From the NCBI GenBank assembly GCA_045046705.1, contig JASFZB010000007.1:438-64437 (forward strand): a stretch of 64,000 nucleotides of DNA, in the 5' to 3' direction. Of this stretch, positions 60,533 to 64,000 are shown in pieces. Numbering within the stretch: position 1 is the stretch's first letter; the number at the start of each line of letters is the position of its first letter. The notes below the pieces were generated by a model. The model made no database searches. It was not told the DNA's origin and worked only from the letters and a program-made list of their open reading frames with translations. This DNA comes from Rhodobacterales bacterium (GTDB lineage: Bacteria; Pseudomonadota; Alphaproteobacteria; Rhodobacterales; Rhodobacteraceae). Position numbers and translations under genes: made by a program.

Positions 60533-60645
60533 ACCTTGAAACGCCCCATAAACAGCCTTTTTACTTGTGTTTTGGATGAAAGCGCATCATGTAAGCCACG
60601 CACGGACGGCAAAAGCCTCCGAACGCTGATATATTAGGAGTAAAC

Positions 60646-60864
60646 ATGGCTAAAGAAGAACTTCTCGAATTCGATGGTGTCGTTGTCGAGCTTCTGCCGA
60701 ATGCGACATTTCGGGTAGAGCTAGAGAACGGCCATGAAATCATCGCCCACACTGCGGGAAAAATGCGTAAAAACCGTATTCGCGTGCTTGCAGGCGATAA
60801 AGTTCAAGTCGAAATGACCCCATACGATTTGTCCAAGGGCCGCATCAACTATCGCTATAAATAA
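60646..60864 (+). CDS. infA: Translation initiation factor IF-1
   Basis: [24 protein letters not shown]...[11 protein letters not shown]. Confidence 0.98.
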   Translation: MAKEELLEFDGVVVELLPNATFRVELENGHEIIAHTAGKMRKNRIRVLAGDKVQVEMTPYDLSKGRINYRYK

Positions 60865-60867
60865 CCC

Positions 60868-61452
60868 ATGAAACTGGTTCTGGGTTCCGCCAGTCCGCGA
60901 CGACTGGAGCTGTTGGCGCAAATCGGTGTCAGACCGATTGCCATCCGCCCTGCCGACATTGACGAGACCCCGATAAAGGCCGAGCCGCCTTTGACCTATG
61001 CACGCCGTCTGGCCAGCGCAAAAGCCCGCGCCATACCGCTTGCAAGCGATGAAGTTGTGCTCTGCGCGGACACTGTTGTCGCGGTCGGCCGCCGAATTCT
61101 TGAAAAGCCGAAAAATGCAGCCCAAGCCGTTGAATTTCTGAACCTTTTATCGGGCCGCCGTCACCGTGTCATCACCGCGATTGCCCTAAAATCAGGCGAC
61201 CGCCTGCTGCAAAAAAGCGTTACTTCAGCGGTGAAATTCAAACACCTTTCAGACCCCGAGATTTCCGCCTACATCCGTTCGGATGAATGGCGGGGCAAGG
61301 CCGGAGGTTACGCGATCCAGGGCATCGCCGCCGCGTTCATCCCGTGGATCAGCGGCTCATACAGCAACGTGGTCGGCCTGCCTTTAGCCGAAACCGCTGG
61401 GCTTTTGCAAGCTGCCGGATACCACTTGAATTATGAGTTGGAAACACCATGA
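60868..61452 (+). CDS. maf: Maf-family nucleoside triphosphate pyrophosphatase
   Basis: [32 protein letters not shown] and NVVGLPL motifs. Confidence 0.92.
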   Translation: MKLVLGSASPRRLELLAQIGVRPIAIRPADIDETPIKAEPPLTYARRLASAKARAIPLASDEVVLCADTVVAVGRRILEKPKNAAQAVEFLNLLSGRRHRVITAIALKSGDRLLQKSVTSAVKFKHLSDPEISAYIRSDEWRGKAGGYAIQGIAAAFIPWISGSYSNVVGLPLAETAGLLQAAGYHLNYELETP

Positions 61453-62486
61453 AAAAAGGCCGCATCGTTGCCATCGACAGCATTGACGGACGCAAAGCCG
61501 CCGCCTTGTTACAGGACGGAAAGCTGCACGATCTGCTGATTGACCCAGCCCACGACCGACCGCGCCCAAGTGCGATTTACCGTGCAAAAGCGACACGGGC
61601 AATGAAGGGTCAAAACGGTATTATCCTTGATTTGGGGCGCGGCCAAAAAGGCTTTTTGAAACAGGCCAGGGGAATCGCCCCCGGGGCAACGCTGACAGTT
61701 CAGGTTAGCACCCATGCTGAAATCGGCAAAGCCGCCCCGGTTGTTAACAAACTGTTATTCAAAAGCCGCTACGCTATCGTGACACCGAACGCACCGGGCA
61801 TCAACATCGCGCGCAGCATCCACGACGAAGACGCCCGCCTGCGCCTGCATGAAATTGCCCATGACGCCTTTACAGACGCGCCTGAAAATTGCGGCCTGAT
61901 CCTGCGCTCGGCTTGCATAACCGCAGATGAGGGCGACATATACGCCAATATCGCAGCCATGCTGCAAGGTGCAAATGCGGTGTTGAATGACAGTGCAGGC
62001 GTACCGGAACTGTTGCTTGACGCGCCCGATGCCGCCGAGGTCGCATGGGCCAACTGGGGCGAGATTGATCAGGTCATCAGCGATGACGGTTGCTTTGACT
62101 CTTTGGGCGTCTGGGACTTCATTCACGCCTTGGAGTACCCAGAATGTCCGCTTTCAGGCGGCGCATCCATGGTGATCGAAGCCACCCGCGCCCTGATCGC
62201 CGTGGACGTCAATACCGGCAGCGATTTTTCACTTTCCGCCGGCCTGAAAGCCAACATAGCAACAGCCAAAGACCTACCGCGCCAGTTACGCCTGCGCGGT
62301 CTTGGCGGCCAGATCGTGGTCGATTTCGCGCCCTCCCCAAAGGCAGAACGACGCAGCATCGAAACCCAACTGCGCCGCGCCTTCAAGGCCGACAGCATCG
62401 ACACAATCCTTGTCGGCTGGACGGCTTTAGGGCATTATGAACTGCAACGAAAACGTGAACGTCTGCCGCTATCAGAAATGCTGTAA
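61449..62486 (+). CDS. Short RNase E/G-family ribonuclease
   Basis: [29 protein letters not shown] and [10 protein letters not shown] motifs. Confidence 0.88.
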   Translation: MKKGRIVAIDSIDGRKAAALLQDGKLHDLLIDPAHDRPRPSAIYRAKATRAMKGQNGIILDLGRGQKGFLKQARGIAPGATLTVQVSTHAEIGKAAPVVNKLLFKSRYAIVTPNAPGINIARSIHDEDARLRLHEIAHDAFTDAPENCGLILRSACITADEGDIYANIAAMLQGANAVLNDSAGVPELLLDAPDAAEVAWANWGEIDQVISDDGCFDSLGVWDFIHALEYPECPLSGGASMVIEATRALIAVDVNTGSDFSLSAGLKANIATAKDLPRQLRLRGLGGQIVVDFAPSPKAERRSIETQLRRAFKADSIDTILVGWTALGHYELQRKRERLPLSEML

Positions 62487-62488
62487 CC

Positions 62489-62671
62489 ATGGCCTGCCCG
62501 ATCTGTAAAAAACCTGCACAAGTCAAATACCGCCCGTTTTGTTCCAAACGCTGCGCCGACATTGATTTGGGAAAATGGCTGACCGGCTCATACGCCATCC
62601 CGGCCACAGAAACCGACGATGAAGACAGCCCGCAGGTAGCGTTTGAACCCGAAAACCAGAAATTGCACTAA
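62489..62671 (+). CDS. yacG: DNA gyrase inhibitor YacG
   Basis: CPICKK...RPFCSKRCADIDLGKW zinc finger. Confidence 0.93.
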   Translation: MACPICKKPAQVKYRPFCSKRCADIDLGKWLTGSYAIPATETDDEDSPQVAFEPENQKLH

Positions 62672-62758
62672 CAAGCCATATTCCCTCTTGCCAGCATCCG
62701 TCCCCTATCCTAAAACGCCCCGACCCGACGTTGGTTTTATGGCCAATGTCCATCCCGT

Positions 62759-62833
62759 GCCCGGGTAGCTCAGGGGTAGAGCAGTGGACTGAAAATCCTC
62801 GTGTCGGTGGTTCAAATCCGCCCCCGGGCACCA
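62759..62833 (+). tRNA. tRNA-Phe(GAA)
   Basis: GCCCGGG...CCCGGGC-ACCA; anticodon loop CTGAAAA; upstream TTGCCA-N17-TAAAAC promoter-like site. Confidence 0.95.
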
Positions 62834-62851
62834 TTTAAACCCAAAGCCCCG

Positions 62852-63643
62852 CTATTCAGGCAAACTTTCCAGTGCCTCTTCCCAAACCAGATCATGCGAA
62901 TTAAAACCGCTTGCGATGGTCGGTTTCACCACTTCAAAAAACGGCGACAAATCAAAATCCCGGGGCGCGAAAAGCGAATGGTGCCGGATGTGATAAATCT
63001 CTTGGCGGGCATAGTAGCCGGATGCGCCCTCGACGCGGATTTTTGGTAAAATCGGGTAGTGGATCGCTTGATAAGCCTGTGCAATCAGGGATGAGCATAT
63101 CCCGCGCGTAGGATCCCCCGAGCCCACCGACAGCATACGGCGGCGCCAGCGTACCGGGAACGGTATCGGAAAAAAGTAGCGCAAAAGATCAAAAATATTG
63201 CGCAGGTCATATTGCAGCCCCAGCTTCCCGATCATAAAATTTACAACCGTCGCGCGCTCTGCATCACTTAGCCCGACGGCGCGGCAAATACGGGTGTTAT
63301 AGGTGGTATATTTCGACAGCGGTACTGCAATACAACCATCCCCAACATTCGCTTCAATCAACCTTGGCCGCTCGGTTTCACCTTCTGGGATCGGCAAAGC
63401 ATCACCCACATAAACTGCAGCATGTGACCATGTTGATTGGGTCAAGTATTTGATAACGTTTGAAATCCGTTCATTGCCCTCGACCAAAAGCACATCACCG
63501 GGCTGCAACGTCTTGCTAAGGGTGATAAAATCGGACGGCGTGTAGGGGTTGTAACCAGAGGTCTGTTCCTGAAGCTTGCCTGCCATTCTGCGGCCCAGCC
63601 ACCCCAGAAACCGATCAAAAAGAGACAGCGATTTCGCACTCAT
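62852..63643 (-). CDS. YiiX/YebB-like permuted NlpC/P60 (papain-like) protein
   Basis: LQPGDVLL, STWSHAAVY (His before Cys) and ICSSLIA motifs. Confidence 0.8.
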   Translation of the reverse strand: MSAKSLSLFDRFLGWLGRRMAGKLQEQTSGYNPYTPSDFITLSKTLQPGDVLLVEGNERISNVIKYLTQSTWSHAAVYVGDALPIPEGETERPRLIEANVGDGCIAVPLSKYTTYNTRICRAVGLSDAERATVVNFMIGKLGLQYDLRNIFDLLRYFFPIPFPVRWRRRMLSVGSGDPTRGICSSLIAQAYQAIHYPILPKIRVEGASGYYARQEIYHIRHHSLFAPRDFDLSPFFEVVKPTIASGFNSHDLVWEEALESLPE

Positions 63644-63744
63644 TCAGGCCCTCCAATCTACAGCAGGTAAATTATGTCCTAGCTGAAGTTACAACACAAC
63701 CGCACTGCCCCATAATCACTATTATTTATTATTCTGAAGCGTTC

Positions 63745-64000
63745 CTAGCGCAAGCGTTTGATCAAGGATGATGTATCCCAGCGATTGCCGCCCATGTTTT
63801 GCACATCCTTGTAAAACTGGTCAACCAGGGCCGTCACCGGCAGGCTGGCACCGGTTTCATTGGCGGTATCCAGACAAATCCCCAGATCCTTGCGCATCCA
63901 GTCAACCGCAAACCCGTGTTCAAACTGATCGTCGAGCATGGTTTCATAGCGGTTCGACATTTGCCAGCTACCGGCGGCCCCCTGGCTAATCACCTCGACC
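63745..64000 (-). CDS. 3-hydroxyisobutyrate-dehydrogenase-family oxidoreductase, 3' end only
   Basis: GAAGSWQM, FAVDWMRKDLGI and WDTSSLI motifs; 5' part lies outside the window. Confidence 0.85.
   Translation of the reverse strand, partial: VEVISQGAAGSWQMSNRYETMLDDQFEHGFAVDWMRKDLGICLDTANETGASLPVTALVDQFYKDVQNMGGNRWDTSSLIKRLR

Noticed and set aside
60437-60637. 66-aa ORF before infA
   Set aside because: TTG start, no RBS, no recognisable features; overlaps the likely promoter region.
56350-62833. hisD separated from other his genes, next to murA and infA
   Set aside because: Standard alphaproteobacterial synteny.

Overview
Core-genome segment of a marine Rhodobacteraceae-type alphaproteobacterium (inferred from gene content and synteny; moderate GC). 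It holds about 65 CDS and 4 tRNAs (Arg-CCG, Tyr-GTA, Thr-GGT, Phe-GAA). There is no CRISPR array, rRNA, integrase or intact transposase. Main blocks: (i) MscS-cysK-trgA-cfa-aminotransferase-serine hydrolase-acuI with a divergent FadR/GntR regulator; (ii) housekeeping genes (mazG, Fe(III) binding protein, xth, Na+/H+ antiporter, fur, eno, rlmB, mgtE); (iii) a propionyl-CoA assimilation cluster (pccR / pccB-2 small genes-pccA-scpA-prpE) followed by an Hpt gene and a LuxO-like regulator with a degenerate AAA+ domain; (iv) betI / choX-choW lacking the ATPase gene, abutting a TgnB-TgnD-TgnC-like (trigonelline-type) catabolic trio lacking its flavin reductase; (v) ycjX-ycjF, truA, MATE; (vi) the conserved murA-DUF2948-hisD-UPF0262-LMW-PTP-infA-maf-RNase E/G-yacG-tRNA-Phe block. 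Best leads: the LuxU/LuxO-like relay with an apparently dead ATPase, a structured terminator-ended RNA directly upstream of pccA, a second sRNA candidate near 19.6 kb, a decayed IS110 element that keeps a structured non-coding end (bridge/seekRNA-like), the minimal tgn-like module next to an ATPase-less choline transporter, and a tandem pair of paralogous bitopic proteins with a PilP-like C-terminus. All family assignments come from motif recognition and memory, not database searches.
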